Assembly (NCBI GenBank): GCA_964016885.1 | Contig: OZ024745.1 | Coordinates: 112,964,001-113,028,000 of the forward strand | Length of the DNA: 64,000 nucleotides | Reading direction: 5' to 3' | DNA from: Eledone cirrhosa | Lineage: Eukaryota | In this document: positions 26,384 to 41,987 of the stretch, one piece after another | How positions within the stretch are numbered: position 1 is the first letter of the stretch | Layout of the letters: every line of letters starts with the position of its first letter | Made by a program: the position numbers and the translations under genes | Notes under the pieces: generated by a model | What the model was told of the DNA's origin: nothing | Database searches by the model: none | Seen by the model: the letters and a program-made list of their open reading frames with translations, nothing else

Positions 26384-28268
26384 ATATATATATATATATA
26401 TATAAATATATATATATATAATTATGTATATATAATTATATAGTAAACTCTTGGCTTAATGGTTCCCAATTAAATGATTTTCCTATTTAATGGATCGAAT
26501 AATAACAATTCAGTACTACACTACCAGTTTGTTCATAGCAGAACAAACCAGGGAATTATCATACAGTTTTGTATTATGTTTATTTTGTCATTTTTCATGT
26601 CACTTGCATTAATTAAAGTATGTTTTTATGTCTCATTCCTCATCCATTAAAACACTCCCGGATTCAGTAGTGTTTTTAAAAATTTCTATTAAATTCTTGC
26701 TACCTCCTTTTTACCGCCTCTTCATTAAATAGCATTCTTTGTTCCACCTACCACTTCTGTTTCTATATTTTCATTTATTGTTTTTACTGCAGCTAAGCCT
26801 TTATATTAATTTTAGTTACTCTATTAACGCTGTGCAGTCTCCTCTCTTCATGTTCCTTCAGTCATTTGCTACCATTATTGCGACATTATTGATGTTGGTT
26901 AAAAGTCTGTTCTAAGCCGAAGGCTCATCAGGTTGGTACTTATCCCCGGATTCCTTGGTGTTAAGTGACTGAGACTACAAGACTTTCCCTGGATAGGACG
27001 CAGGTTTAACTCCCCAGATATTGCTGGTGCTTATCTCAGCTGAGTGTACTGGAGCTGAGTGTCGAGGAATCGAACAGACGATATTATGATCATACGACAA
27101 ACAGCCTAATCATTGGATCATGAGGCTTCGTTGCCACAATACTCAGCCTATATCCACAACCCCTGTTGACCTAACATCAATCCTCTTCTTCCGTCACTCC
27201 TGGCTCTCATGACTTGTTCCTTTTGCATCTGATCCATAGCGTTCGAATGGGTGCTTCACTCATTAAACGCTTTTTATTCCAAGGCATTCCTTCTTCAAAT
27301 TCGGCTCTCCTTATTCTATTCTGTTGTTGCCGTCCCTTCGGTTTAACGCCCTGTTTCTCTATCTTATTATTTAATTATGTACAGCGTTGTCTTGTTTATT
27401 TTCTCACTGCTATGTATGTTCAAGAGACTCGTTTAATTGCAGTCTTCATTCTTATTATTCATTCGTTTGTGTATATATTAACCTGATTATTTGAAACTAA
27501 TTGTGCGCACTCACACACGCACGTCTGTGAATGTGTTTGTGTGTTTGTATATGTGTGTGTTCAATATCATGATTGTAGAATTTCCTTTTTTTTCGAAGAG
27601 GTGGTAATCTATCGCATTCGTTTCTGCATTATTTCTTTCTTTACTTGCATTAGTCATTCAGTCTGCAATTCTATTAGTTCGTCCTTCCCAAGAATATCTC
27701 TTACTCTTCTGTCTGCCACTAGAAAATTCCATTACTATATGAGAGCCAAATACATCAAGTAAATGGTCTCTGTTTCACTATACACATATTGATGACAAAA
27801 GTCTTGCCTTCTATCTGTGTAGTACCCGTATAACTTAATAAATCCCGAGCATTGATAAACAAATATTAAGAGTTTGTAAGAAAATAAAAGGAACCCATTT
27901 GTTGCTATTAAGAGAATCAATATTTTAATCAGGTACAGAAATCGATTTATTTAGGCACATCGAATAGCATTAAAGATGTTTCTTCTATTTGTTATTGATC
28001 GAGGTGTCGAAGAGAAGAGAATTTTGTTGAATCTCACCGCTAGTAAAATAGAATGGAATTGCAAATAAGAGCCGAGCAATCAATACCGGTGAACGTTAAT
28101 AAAAGATGTCCCTTTAACAGACATTTGTATGACTTCAGCAGAAATGACTAACACATAGCACATTATTTACTCACAAAACACTCGCATGCACACACTAATA
28201 CCTTGAGGCACGGCTTTACAAACCCACATACAAATATACAGACACACAGACATACACAAACACACACA

Positions 28269-28343
<75 letters not shown>

Positions 28344-28515
28344 TTTAGTACAGCATTGACGAAGCTTTAGAATACGGCCAAGCTAGCGTATATGCATAAT
28401 CGGTCTGTAGCTTGAGCACTCAGATGAGGAAAGACCCCAGAGTAATAACATTACGTTCAGACAGCTTAGCAAATCAGATATAGCTGTCGGCAGTCCAGCT
28501 GCATCACTAGAGCAA

Positions 28516-28571
<56 letters not shown>

Positions 28572-28574
<3 letters not shown>

Positions 28575-28875
28575 AAAGTTTTATTTAAATTGTTGGGATA
28601 CAACAAGCAAATATTTTTATAACTGATATAAAGCACTCGACAAATATTTACTTACTCTTAACACTATGACTTACTAAAGTAAACAAATCACTATCCTGAT
28701 GGCCTCCAAAAACAACGGTTAATTTTTAAAAGGGGTACGTCAATGTCTATTTATAAAACTGTTATATATTGTATTTTGTCTGATGAAGGCATACCATAAT
28801 GTAACTTGGTATCCTTGAAATATATATAATGAAATAAATATGGTTTTATAAATATAGTTTCCATTTATTAATATC

Positions 28876-28877
<2 letters not shown>
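28572..28877 (+). mobile_element. PLE-like 3' fragment between (TA)n arrays with hammerhead-like motif at 28776-28830
   Basis: CTGATGA-AGG(C)ATACCA..TGGTATCCT-T-GAAA-TATATA; stem I degenerate. Confidence 0.55.
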
Positions 28878-28908
<31 letters not shown>

Positions 28909-28913
<5 letters not shown>

Positions 28914-28976
28914 ATTTCACCAATCTTATTTATAAATATATATATATATATATAAATAAGATTGGTGAAATTTGAA
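28909..28976. repeat. Perfect 26-bp inverted repeat around a short (TA)n
   Basis: 28909-28934 is the reverse complement of 28951-28976. Confidence 0.9.
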
Positions 28977-29004
28977 GCAATATATCGCAGTTCAGAATGA
29001 ATCT

Positions 29005-30180
<1,176 letters not shown>

Positions 30181-30186
30181 AGAATT

Positions 30187-30244
<58 letters not shown>

Positions 30245-30246
30245 AG

Positions 30247-30439
30247 AAAAATGTTCAAACCCCGACGGCAGAGCTCAAGCCGTTTCGACGGCTATTTGTG
30301 GACAGAAATAGCCGTCGAAACGGCTTGAGCTCTGCCGTCGGGGTCTTGAACATTTTTTTATTACCCATAATACTACCCTAAGTATTGAGTACTCTGGTGC
30401 GTTATGGTCCACCTGGTTCCTTACCACACTTCCTTCGTT
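30247..30439 (+). mobile_element. PLE pLTR fragment with half hammerhead (stem II-GAAA-stem III-GUC) and fold-back arm, in (TA)n
   Basis: GACGGCTATTT/AAATAGCCGTC-GAAA-CGGC(TTGAGCTCT)GCCG-TC-GGGGTC; 30247-30297 is the approximate reverse complement of 30306-30357. Confidence 0.75.
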
Positions 30440-30476
<37 letters not shown>

Positions 30477-30492
30477 CTACTACAACTACTAA

Positions 30493-30544
<52 letters not shown>

Positions 30545-30564
30545 GTAATAATAATAATAATAAT

Positions 30565-33500
30565 GCTTTCTTTATTAACCACAAGGGTTTACATAAAGTA
30601 GATATTAAGCACAGTACAGGACAATACAGGACGGCACAAATGGGCATTTCTGCGTGTAAAAAACAAAAGCAGAGGATGTAAGAAACAAAAAAAATAACAA
30701 TGAAAAATTCCTCAATAGGGGGGAGACTTCCGAGGGACATTCGTGGAGAAAGCCCATTAAAAAGCCACAGTGACCCTGACCACCAAGGCAAGTGCCCTCT
30801 CCCAGTTTTCCACCTTCAATTTACCAGCACATACTCAGAGCCATTCACTCGGGCCATTCTTGCTTCTCTCACCCATCTTTCAACAAAATGCTGGGAAGAG
30901 AGCACTTCCCTCTCTACCCTGATTTTCCTTTTCAAATGAAATTTGAAAAACTTAATCAGGGCATCACCGAAGAGGTAAGTGTTCGTCTTCAACCTTTCAA
31001 ACGCGTCCACCATACTATCTCTTTCGCCATGGCCACCAGACAGATAAAAACTGCCTGCCCTTCCCGGCTAAAGGAAGAGGGTGGGGCAATCCTCACGATG
31101 GACTCAGCTGATAGCCGGATTCGTCCTACACACGACAGCAGGTATTCGACATAAACCCACAAGTCATCAATGCTCGGACACTGGACGAGTGCGTGCAGGA
31201 CGGTTTCGTCGCTCTTCGCACATCTCGGACATGCCCGGCTGACGGCACCTCCATGCCTGTAGAGTTTATCCCGAACTGGCAAAGCTCCTCGGTAGCACTG
31301 CCAGGCCAGGGATTTCTGGAAGTTGTCCAGAGGCCCCGGCCCGAAAGTTCTCCCGAAGAGATTGGTTAGTTGATGTTCGTCGACGCCCAGAGTTTTCCCA
31401 AGTACGTCGTCACTCTTCCCCTCCACTAATCCTCTATAGAACGCCAAGGTGGAGTTTCCACCGATCGCATTTCCCGACTGGTCTAGGGCTGTGAGCGCTT
31501 GAAGACATTCCAGTCTCCAAGCGCTCCCTGTCGGTCTTCGCTTGACCCAGGACTGCAGCTCCGTCAAGGAAACGAGCTGGGGAAACACGCGTCTAGCAAA
31601 TGGCGATCATACCTGATCACTGTCTAGGAAGAGGTGGAGATGTCGTAGCCTGAGCGCATGTCTGCGCATCATGAGCCACGGCATGCCCAGCCCTCCACGT
31701 AGCGGGTGTTGACAGCAGATGGACCGTCTGACAATCGGAGCGCGTCCCTTCCACAAAAAACGAAAGAGCAAACGCTCCAGCGCAGTCAGGCGAGGCTTAG
31801 GACAAGGCACGACGGTCAGGCGGTACTAGATGACGGACGCGATGTACGTATTCGCCACCTCCGCTCGACCTTTCAGAGATAGCTTCCTCTCTGCCCATTT
31901 CTGGGCGAGAGAAGCCAACCTGCTCGTCATCTCGTCCCAGGTTTTGTCCGTCTGGAGGTCCGGACGGAACCAGAACCCCTAGCAATTTAACCGGTCTGTC
32001 CGTCCAGCGCCCGACCTCGCTGTTGGACGGCATGGACCTGCCTCTCCAGGTGCTGAGCTGCAGGCTTTTGCTGGTTGATCATTGCTCTTGTCACCGCCTC
32101 GTATTCTCTTAGTGTAGTGCCGATCGTCTCGATGTGTTTGGCGTTCGACACCAATACGGTGACATCGTCCGCATATGCTGACACGGATCTTCCGCATCCC
32201 TGTTCGTGCGGGACCCCCTCAACGTCTCCAGTTTGTGTAGCAATGGCTCGAGAGTCAATACGTACAACAGGGATGAGAGGAGACATCCTTGGCGGACCGA
32301 GCGCATGATGTTGAACGGTTCCGAAACTGACCGTTCACTCAAACCACAGAGCAGGTGTCGCTGTGCATGGCAGCGATCCAGCTTCTGAAAACGGGCCCAA
32401 AGCCAGCCGCCCTCAGGACTGCCGCCAGATAACGATGGTCGACCCTATCGAAAGCTTTCGACTCATCTAAGTTGATGAAGGACCCACCCATGCCAGATTC
32501 CCTAGCTACCCTCTCCACGATGTATCGCATGAGGGAGAGGTTGTCGTGGATGGATCCGGATGGAATGGCGCATGTCTGCGCCTCTCCTACCAGACCACCA
32601 ACGACAAGCGCCAACCTCTTTGCTAGCACCTTGGCCAAAATCTAGAACTCAGTGTTTAGCAGAGTTATGGGCCTGAAATTATCTATGTTATCCCCCTGTT
32701 CGGATCCTTTATCAGCAGCGGCACCGCCCCTCGGCTCACAGAGCTGGGAATTCTCCCGTTCTGTTGCCAGTTGCAGAAGACATCCGCCAAGATGTCTCCG
32801 AACAAGCCTGGTATGTGTACGTAAAGTTCGTAGGGCAGACCATCCAAACCAGGCGACTTACTCCTTGTGCAGCTAGTCATTGCCTCCCGTACTTCAGCGG
32901 CTGTTATCGGCTTTTCGCAACACTCCGCCTCAGTGGCCGAGAGCCGTGGCAGTCCGTCGAGGTAGGCACTAAAGTCCATCCCGTGATCCGGCCTGCCTCT
33001 TCCACCGAACAGCTGAGCGAAGTGTCGCTGAAAAGCTTCACACATTTTCCCGGGATCGCATAGCATGCGCCCGTCGTGGTCCACCAAAGACCGGGTCGTG
33101 GCTTTGTTACTACGACGCGCCTCTGTCACTCGGGCCCATTGAATGGCTTTCGTCCCCGCGTGTCTGAGAGCAAGCACCCTAGCTCTGACAACGCAGCCTT
33201 CGTGCTTTGCATTGAAGAATTGGTCGAGGGTTAATTTCGCCGCAAGTACGTCGGTCGCGATGCCTTTACTAAGCGGCTCGACTAATTTGCTAACTAGTTC
33301 TCCCTCTTCTCTATTTTTCTCTATTGCTAACGCCTTACTAAACCTAATGGACTCTATCCTAATCGCTCTTTTCAGAGCAAACCGCCATTTGTTGTTGACG
33401 ATGGCCCCCGCCAACGCCCGCTTAACTAGTTCGCTAATCCGGTCTCTGTAATCCTTGCGCGCTGTTAACGACGCGTTTAGCTTCCAGTAGCCGAGTCCCT

Positions 33501-34780
33501 GTCTATGAAGCCTATCTAAGTCAACCTCACAGATCACGAATGCGTGGTCCGTGTAGTCGACTATTTTGAATTGTGGACAGCCTATGCTAGACCTATCTAT
33601 TTCCCTACAAAATACCCTATCTAGATATGATCTGGATGACCCGATGCGGTTTGTCCATGTCCACATTGGCACATTCGGGAAATCCAGACGGTACCTGTCA
33701 GACAGTTGAAACCGTTTGAGCAGGTTTGCGAGTCTTTTACACCCTCCTCCCCTATCCGCTAATCCCACACAGTCCCAGCGTGCATCTAAAATCCCGTTCC
33801 AATCGCCCACTAACACCAAAGAGCGGGACGTTCCAAGAAAGGTCTCCAGACGCCGGAAGAAATCAGGACGCCCTGCTCTTGTCGGGGCATAGACGGCCAC
33901 TAGCCTGAAAGCTTGCCCGTCTCCGCTGGTCAGGTCCAGCACCACCAACTTACCTTTTGGGTCCAGGAAGATGGCCCGTATGGCGAGATCCAAGCCTCTC
34001 CGAAAAAGCACAGAAACTCCTCCCCCCTGATCCTGGATGACTGGGAGATGCGTATACATCGTAGCCACCGAAGATCGGTGCGAAGGCTCGTGCTTCGGAG
34101 ATTCTGGTCTCGCTGATGGCCACCACATCTATGTTTAGTGACCTGAGGTCGTTGAACAGGTGGCCCTGCTTCCGTGACGACCCCAGGTCACGCGGATTTA
34201 AGCTGCTTATTCTGAGTAAAGGAGTGGAAAAAGATGGGAAAGACCACTTACCTCACTTCTTGTTGAGGAAGGATGGTTTTTTTCCGCCCTTCTCACTTCT
34301 TGTGGCCCCCTCCGGAAGGATGTCTTTATATATCCTCCTGGAAAGTGTTTGTCGGAAGTCTTCTATGTCCTTGGGGAATTTTAATTTATTGTCGTGTATG
34401 TTTTCTGTGTAATACGAGTGATTTGTATGTGTGGGGTGGTGTGAATCTTTGTGGTGTTGTATAGTCTTTTTCTGTGATGCTGGTGTTGTGTTGGATGTAG
34501 TGTAATAATTGGTTATTCAAATTTAATGCTGTGTAGTGTGTATCGTTTTGGTTGCTTTGTTTTGTTTGCGTTTATTGTGGGTTTGTTTCTGTTTCGCTTG
34601 TTGGTGATTTTCGTGGTGTTGGTGATGGTGGTGTTGGGGTTAATGATGGTGATGGTGTTGGTGTTTGTGGTGATGGGGCTGGTGATGCTGGTATCTGTGG
34701 TGACATAGCTGTCTTAACTTTGTTGTTAGTTTGTTTGTTTGTTTCGCCCTGCATTTTGTTTTTGAAAGAAGAAACCAAGA
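30565..34780 (-). mobile_element. Near-full-length Tx1-clade LINE (ORF1 tail, frameshifted ORF2 APE-RT-CCHC, 3' UTR, (ATT)n tail)
   Basis: APE (LVLVGDWN, SYLDR, TDH), RT (KSPGLDGLPYE, DESKAFDRVDH, VRQGCLLS, AYADDVT), CPRC..ETVLHALVQC; AATAAA then ATT/AGT repeats. Confidence 0.92.
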
Positions 34781-34789
34781 ACTGTCATA

Positions 34790-35939
34790 CCATTTATAAT
34801 GACACACAATCCATGTCACCAGAATATCTTCAATACTTCCAAAGCAAACCTACCGATCATTGCTCAAAGTAATGAATTAAAAGGTTTAATCACAGACCGA
34901 GCTTTGATTCTTAGTAAAAGACAGCCGAAAAATTTGAAACAATTACTAACAAAGGCAAAGTTTGACCTTTACAACAAAGACCAATCATTCACTGTATCTA
35001 AATGCAATGATAGTCGATGTGGCACATATCAGTTCATACATACTGGTCAACATATGAACACAAAAACTGGACAAATATTCCCAAATGCAAATATGAACTG
35101 CAAAAGCAGAAATCTAATTTACTGCATTAAATGCCCGAATTGTGAATAACTATATGTCGGTCAAACTGGAAATGCATTATCGGAACGTGCACGGGTGCAC
35201 CGACAGCAAATCAGAGACTCAAATGTCCGTCAGATACCCCTGAGTAACCATCTAGCAACATGTGGTCAGAAAATATTTACAATATTTCCATTCTACAAAC
35301 TACACAGCTCAAGTGAAATCAAGAGAAAAATTAAAGAAAAGAATTTTATTGATAAATTCAAACCCAAGCTAAACGAACAATAATAATGCTCAGGGGTATT
35401 ACTTCTACTATGACTACGCCTACGACCATGTCGACTACCACCACTAACAACAACAACAACAATAATAATAATAATAAAAGTGATGTTGATGGTGATGATT
35501 ACTGAAGATTTTTTTATAAAAACCCTAGAAAACGCTATTTTTAGCATTTCTAAAAATAGAAAAACAATTGATGCTTTGGATAGGGTCAAATAGAAGTCGT
35601 TTGACATACTCAACCAGCCGTGACGCCTAAACCAATCAGCTTTAGTAATCTAGTGAAACCACACACCGATTGGTTGAAATGCAATTTGCAAAACTTAGCA
35701 TTCTGTAGTCCCTTTTTAATGTATATAAGGCACAGATTTTAGCCATCTCATTACAGTTGAAAATTGCAAACTTGACTGTCACCACTGAATATGAACCTGA
35801 AGATTGCGAAAGCATGAAAGTACTTGTTCAATTAACACTTACCATTTAATATTCTACCATAATATTTCATTATAATATCATTATAATTTTAAAGGATTGT
35901 AAATAAAACGAGTAAACCAGACAAAGTTGGAATTCCTTA
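34790..35939 (+). mobile_element. 5'-truncated Neptune-type PLE: GIY-YIG with in-frame stop, 3' UTR and pLTR
   Basis: KRQPKNLKQLL..KCNDSRCGT..NCKSRNLIYCIKCPNCE*LYVGQTG..ERARVHRQQI..E..FI..FKPKLN; ends at (TA)n. Confidence 0.88.
35792..35830 (+). ncRNA. Minimal hammerhead motif (Neptune-type pLTR)
   Basis: TGAAC-CTGAAGA-T-TGC(GAAA)GCA-T-GAAA-GTAC-TT-GTTCA; palindromic AAGTACTT. Confidence 0.75.
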
Positions 35940-35965
35940 TATATATATATATATATATATATAGT

Positions 35966-36039
<74 letters not shown>

Positions 36040-36142
36040 GTCTCTTTCAACATTAGCTGGAGAAATGAATAGTCGTGGAAATATTTTTATTTATGTTGGT
36101 ATGTTAACGTTCCAGTTTCTGGTTCGCTTATATGATATGATA

Positions 36143-36185
<43 letters not shown>

Positions 36186-36707
36186 TATATATATATATAA
36201 ATATAAATATATATAAAAATATATATATCTTCAATTCGTTACTACAATGATAAGAATGTAAGAATGTTCAGAAGCGTTAAGAAACTAAATGCGGTATATT
36301 TATATTCTGAACTGTTATGAAAAAGATATTTCCATAGAATGAACACAGTTATTTTCGTCTCGTATAGACACGAACCAGTTTGGCAGAAGAAATTTATCAC
36401 ATCGTCATGCTGATTCTGTGCATGTGTAAAGTTAAACTGAAATGTACTCATAAAAAATATTTCATATCTTAATTTGCTGATCTTTCCGTTGGGCTTCAGA
36501 CATATGACAAAGGTACTGAATTGATATTAAGTTGATAAAGTGAAAACAATAATAACTTCATTATATTATAATTCACTATGCTGGGATGCACAACGCTAGC
36601 GGTAATTATTGGAGAAGAAATATCAACTGGCATTCCTCGACGAATCTGTCTACCTTCAAACAGGAGCTTTAGGTATATATGACTATACTGAACAGCGAAA
36701 AGAATAT

Positions 36708-36888
36708 AATTGTTTCTACCTTTGGCACAAGGCCAGCAATTACCCAGTGCATTACTGGTACTTTATTTTATCGACCCCGTAAGGATGAAAGGCAAAGTTA
36801 ACCTCGGCGGGATTTGAACTCAGAATGGCAAAGGCATTTGAACTCAAATGGCGTCCGACCCTCTACCGATACTGCCAATCCACCACCT
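36708..36888 (-). mobile_element. Meta-domain SINE
   Basis: Reverse complement of consensus with small internal rearrangement. Confidence 0.88.
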
Positions 36889-38729
36889 TTTAAACAATAT
36901 AATGCATGCAAATCTGTGCTCGTGTATACCACTATGAATTGATGTAAAATGTTTGTAGTATTCATATCCCTAAATAGACTGAATTGAATATAAAATATTG
37001 ATTAGCAGATTAAGTACAAGGCACAAGAGATAACGTATTAAATCACTTGAAGGAAGCATGTCACGTTGTCCGCATTCTAATATTTGAAACCAGAATGAAA
37101 TACTACCCATTGAATAGCAACCATATAAGTCACCACTAAACAGTACTTTATGATTATTGTGCGTGCATCTGTAGATTGTCTGTCCACTGTTTTTTTATGA
37201 CATGCTATGAAGATCTTTATTGTTCAAACATGCCACCTGAAAATAACCCTCATTCTTATATTTAACTTTACTTTGCTAACTCTATCCTCCTTTCACACTC
37301 TATACTGTCCAGACTGTAATTTGTATAACTGTAAACTTCTCTTTATTCTGACAAACAATAATTAAACAGTCAGCTTTTATAGTCTCTGGCTTGTTAGAAG
37401 TTTCGTAGCGTAGGAGGAGATGCTTTGCCGTATTTAGTGCATCTTTTTGCGTTCTGAGTTCAAACCCTTCCGAAGTTCATATAGCGAAGGACTGATAGAT
37501 AGGATGGTTTGCGGTATTTCTTACAGCTCTTTGCGTTTTCAATTTACAGTCATCTGTGATCTACTTTGGGGGTCAACTTAATTAGTCATCTGGTTTGATA
37601 CCTGGCCCTTAGACATCTTTAGTGGATTCCACTCTGTTGCAAGCATTTGAGCCAGCACTGTCATTGCTCCCGATTAAATGATTAAAATCATCATATGTAA
37701 TTTCCTTTAACTCTGCACTTCTCTCAATGCCTAAGGTATAATAATTGAAACACATTCACAAACGCTTCAACTTCATTTAGTTATCTCTATTTTGAATTGT
37801 AATTTTGCTTAAAACATGTTTATGGCCGCCATCCATACATCTTTGTCAACATGAGAAACAAACGTTATGTAATATATATTATTGCATGGATATGGTATAT
37901 ACTACGTTTTGTAACGCTTGTATACTTGAAGAGAGATCAGTTTTAAAGTTTCTTTCAGGAGATATTGTATTTGACAAATAAAAAAAAAATTTTAATGGAT
38001 TTTATTTACTTTTCTTTTTGAAGTAAGCCATCAGTAGTTGACCTTTTTCGTTTATGAATTTATATTTATGTACGTTTGTATTTCAAGAACAAGATCATTG
38101 CATTGTATAGCTTGATCCTTCCTGCTTATGAATAGTTTAATAACTAAAAAAGAGCCATACGTGTGTCATTTGAAAGAGGGAACGTAGGTGATGCAAGTCT
38201 ATATTGCATAGTTACAATGAAAAAGATCTAATTGTTGTTTTTAGAATGTCGTTTGACTAACATAGGTTTGCTATGGCTTTTCTGTTTTATATGATAACAC
38301 GACATTGCTATGATTTGAGGAGGATTCGGTTGTTGTTTTTAGTAGATCGTTCTACTATCAAGAGGCTTCCCATGACTTGTTCTTTTTATCTTAATGGCCA
38401 TTGCCAGACGAAGGTTTATAGAATCGATCGACAAGATCCCAGACGTCACTCACTTACCAGCTCGTCAAATCCGACCAAGGAAACAATATTTTCCATCCCT
38501 GATATTATGTATACTATTCCTATTGCTGGTACTATGAACCGGTCGCAACTCCTGGCAGAAAGAGAAGCATGAAATAAAGTGTCTTGCTTAAGGACATAAC
38601 GCATCGCCCGGTCGACAGATCGAACTCGCAACCACACAATTGCGAAACTACTTCTCTAACCTATAAGCTACTAACCTTCAACTAAATCACACTAAATCAA
38701 ACGGAAACGTAGAACATTCTTCCAATTTT

Positions 38730-39156
38730 CAGAGAATGTCTGTCTGTCTGTCTTTCTGTCTCCATAAAACTCGATAACCACCAACCGGCTTTTTCCAAAC
38801 TTTACACATGTAATACTTATGGTCCTGTGAGTGTTTTGAGCAAAAAATATTTCGAATTTTCAATGCCCTAGGGATCGCATTAGACGATTTAGCTATCTCT
38901 CTCTATAATTCTTAGTCTTTCTTTTTAGATAGATACATAGATATAACGTTGCGCCCTTATAATATCTGTCTGTATGTCTGGCTGTCTGCATTACGACATT
39001 ATGACGCTGTGTGTGTGTGTATATATATATGTATATATGTAGTGTGTGTGTATATATGTAGTGTGAAACGTTTTTCGAAATATTCACTTCTGCGTTCACA
39101 GATTGATTTTTTAGTTGCAGAAGATCCCGTTAAAGGTGAAAGCAGCAACTCTGTTA

Positions 39157-39198
<42 letters not shown>

Positions 39199-39442
39199 TG
39201 TACAGATATTTTTGCATACACAATAACAAAATATAAACAAACGTATTTATTTCGTGATAAAGTATTGATTTTCTTCGCACAAAAAAAAACCCCTGGTAAT
39301 CTACGACGAATTTTTTTTATAAGCACAAAATGTATACACCATCCCGAGGTATTCCGTACTTCTCTGTACTGTTTCAGAAAGGAGGGATAAACATGCCAAT
39401 CTATGTTTAGAATCCCGAGCAGCGCCGGGCCATTCTGCTAGT
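38730..39442 (+). mobile_element. HINE/DINE-1-like element, second copy
   Basis: Reverse-complement homolog of 6826-7495; ends CCCGAGCAGCGCCGGGCCATTCTGCTAGT. Confidence 0.65.
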
Positions 39443-40361
39443 ATAACGTAAAATTGTAATAGGAGAAAACCTAATGTTACTTACATTTTCTTGAATGAGA
39501 ATGTGTAACAAAAAGAAAAAGGAAATGCAGTTTTGTGACAAGAGTAAAATATTCATAAGTCGTCATTAATTTTTTCTCTCTAATCCGAACTTTATGGGAT
39601 AGACAATTTTCAAGACATTCAAGGAAAACGATAGTAATTTTATTTATTTTTATTATTTATACTTTCAGCATTAATAAATATTTATATCGCTGCTACTTGC
39701 AATTCTTATTGTGTGTCATCACATATTGTAAAAATCTAAAATATTACTCATGTATATTTATCACGTGAATACAATATCACTTTCAGTTTGGAGCTTTTAA
39801 GATTCTGATATCATTCTAGCATCAAATAGTTTGCTACATTGCTACCAATGATAAAAGTGAAGCTGAAGTAGTCTTTGTCCAGTTGAATAGTAGTTATTCC
39901 TAATTGTGAGTAAAATGAATTCATTTAATAGCATTTTACACAGAAGCGAATTTTAATATCTCATCTCTGAACCACTATTCTTAAAATTAGTTCTACAATA
40001 CCTAAAGATACACTGAAGATTACACACTCATGCTTGCCAGGTAAGAGATTTTTCAAGAGGAATTGTTGCTATTCGAAATGCCAGAGAGGGTGAGATAGAA
40101 TGAGTTAAAGGTAGAGAGAGAGAGAGAGAGTGAGAGAGTGAGAGAGTGAGAGAGAGAGAGAGTGAGAGAGTGATATATATATATATATATATATATATAA
40201 GAAAAAGAAAAACGAACACAGACATATACATATATGTGTTCAAATCATAAGGGGCCGGATTCGCTAAGGTGAAAAGAATACTAATTATAGACAATTGGGT
40301 TTGCTTGGCTCAATTAAATAAATAATCAAAAAAATAAATACAAACCGGAATTGTGGTAACT

Positions 40362-40433
40362 ACCCAGACAACTTCTTGTTGTTTCGCAATGTTAATTGTG
40401 AATAGAATTACCAATTCAAGCTCATCAGTGGGT
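40362..40433 (-). ncRNA. Canonical type I hammerhead ribozyme in a ~290-bp solo pLTR-like island (40238-40524)
   Basis: ACCCA-CTGATGA-GC..AATTG..CAATT..GC-GAAA-CAAC(AAGAA)GTTG-TC-TGGGT; predicted cleavage after GUC between 40367 and 40366. Confidence 0.85.
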
Positions 40434-40522
40434 GATGAATTAGTATCCTAGACACTTCTATGTATATTAAGAAACTGAATAGTGTGCTATATATAAAAGT
40501 TGACTTCCTCAATATATACCTT

Positions 40523-40591
<69 letters not shown>

Positions 40592-41104
40592 AATAAAGTA
40601 AGGAATGCGGGACTGCGTACGGTTTATAATTTTTTTATCCCGTTTGTAAAATAAGTTGGATTACTTTGAATAGATAATGATGAATATTACATAATTTATC
40701 TACTAAATTTCGTTATTCTTGATTAAATATAAATAATTGTTTATTTTAAGATTCACTTCTTTAAAATTTTCAAATGTCAACACTTCGGGTTAGCGATTGC
40801 TTAAATAAATATTCATATATTTCCATCACTGATTTTCTCCTAATGCAGTTTATATATAATATCGTCTTTTTTTTAATGTATCATGGATTACGTTACTGAT
40901 TACATAAGACAGTGTAACACAATCTTCGTTCAATTTCTGTGTATATTGTCAATTACAATTTTATTTGATGCATATATATTTGCGTATAATATCAATATAC
41001 ACACTACACATGCTAGCAGGAAACTACCCGAAGGGTGGTTTTTCTACTAGTATATATAAGTCTCTCTGTCTGTCTTTCTTTATATATATATATATATATA
41101 TTTG

Positions 41105-41335
41105 TATCGTCTGAGAGTTGATCGATGATGGTTCGAGCAGGTCTTCCTCTACTGCATCTCCCATGAGTTGGTTCCCACAATAGTAGCTTGTGTATAACTT
41201 CCTGCTTACTTCTCCAGCAATTTCCTGTAAACTGTAACCGTCTTTAAGCAATTGTAGTTATCTTGGGCAAGTTTCTGTATAAACCTTCATTCGTAATAAA
41301 TTGACGCCAGTTTGTTTTGTACAACCGTAAGCTTA
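41105..41335 (-). mobile_element. RTE-X-like LINE C-terminal fragment
   Basis: NWRQFITNEGLYRNLPKITT..RRLQFTGNCWRSKQEVIHKLLLWEPTHGRCSRGRPARTIIDQL. Confidence 0.75.
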
Positions 41336-41900
41336 AATATAGAAAAAATATTTTTGTTCAATCTTTAGTACCCCCCCCCCCCCTCCAAAAAAAACCCCTT
41401 TAATCAATACTAAAACATATGAAAATGTTTGCGATTCTGTAATTATCATCGTGGAAAATGTACTTGAAGAAACTGCAATTAAAATCCAATATCCAAAGAA
41501 GCGTAAGCAAAACAGTCATTAATTTTGACGGCAAGGGTACATTACTGATAGTAATGCTATCCCTTTCAGAAGCACAAGCTATCGATTGAATTGATCGATA
41601 AGATCCAAGACCTTATTCCGAGTGTAGTGGAACTCGTCAAATCGGAACAAGGAAACAATATTTCCATTGGTTTTCCCACTGCTGATACTATCTACCGGTC
41701 TATGTTTTTTATTTTGAGAATATCATTTTCCCAGTATAGAGGTCAGATTAAGCAAAATCTGTCTTGGTTGTATTGTGGTATAAAAGTTGAAGTCTCTTTG
41801 CTTTTTTCTATACATGCAACAAATTATCATTTCCTCCCCCATCTGGCATCTATTTCAACTAACTACCGCCTTTAAAGTGTTTGCCTTTATGGCCTAAAAC

Positions 41901-41987
<87 letters not shown>

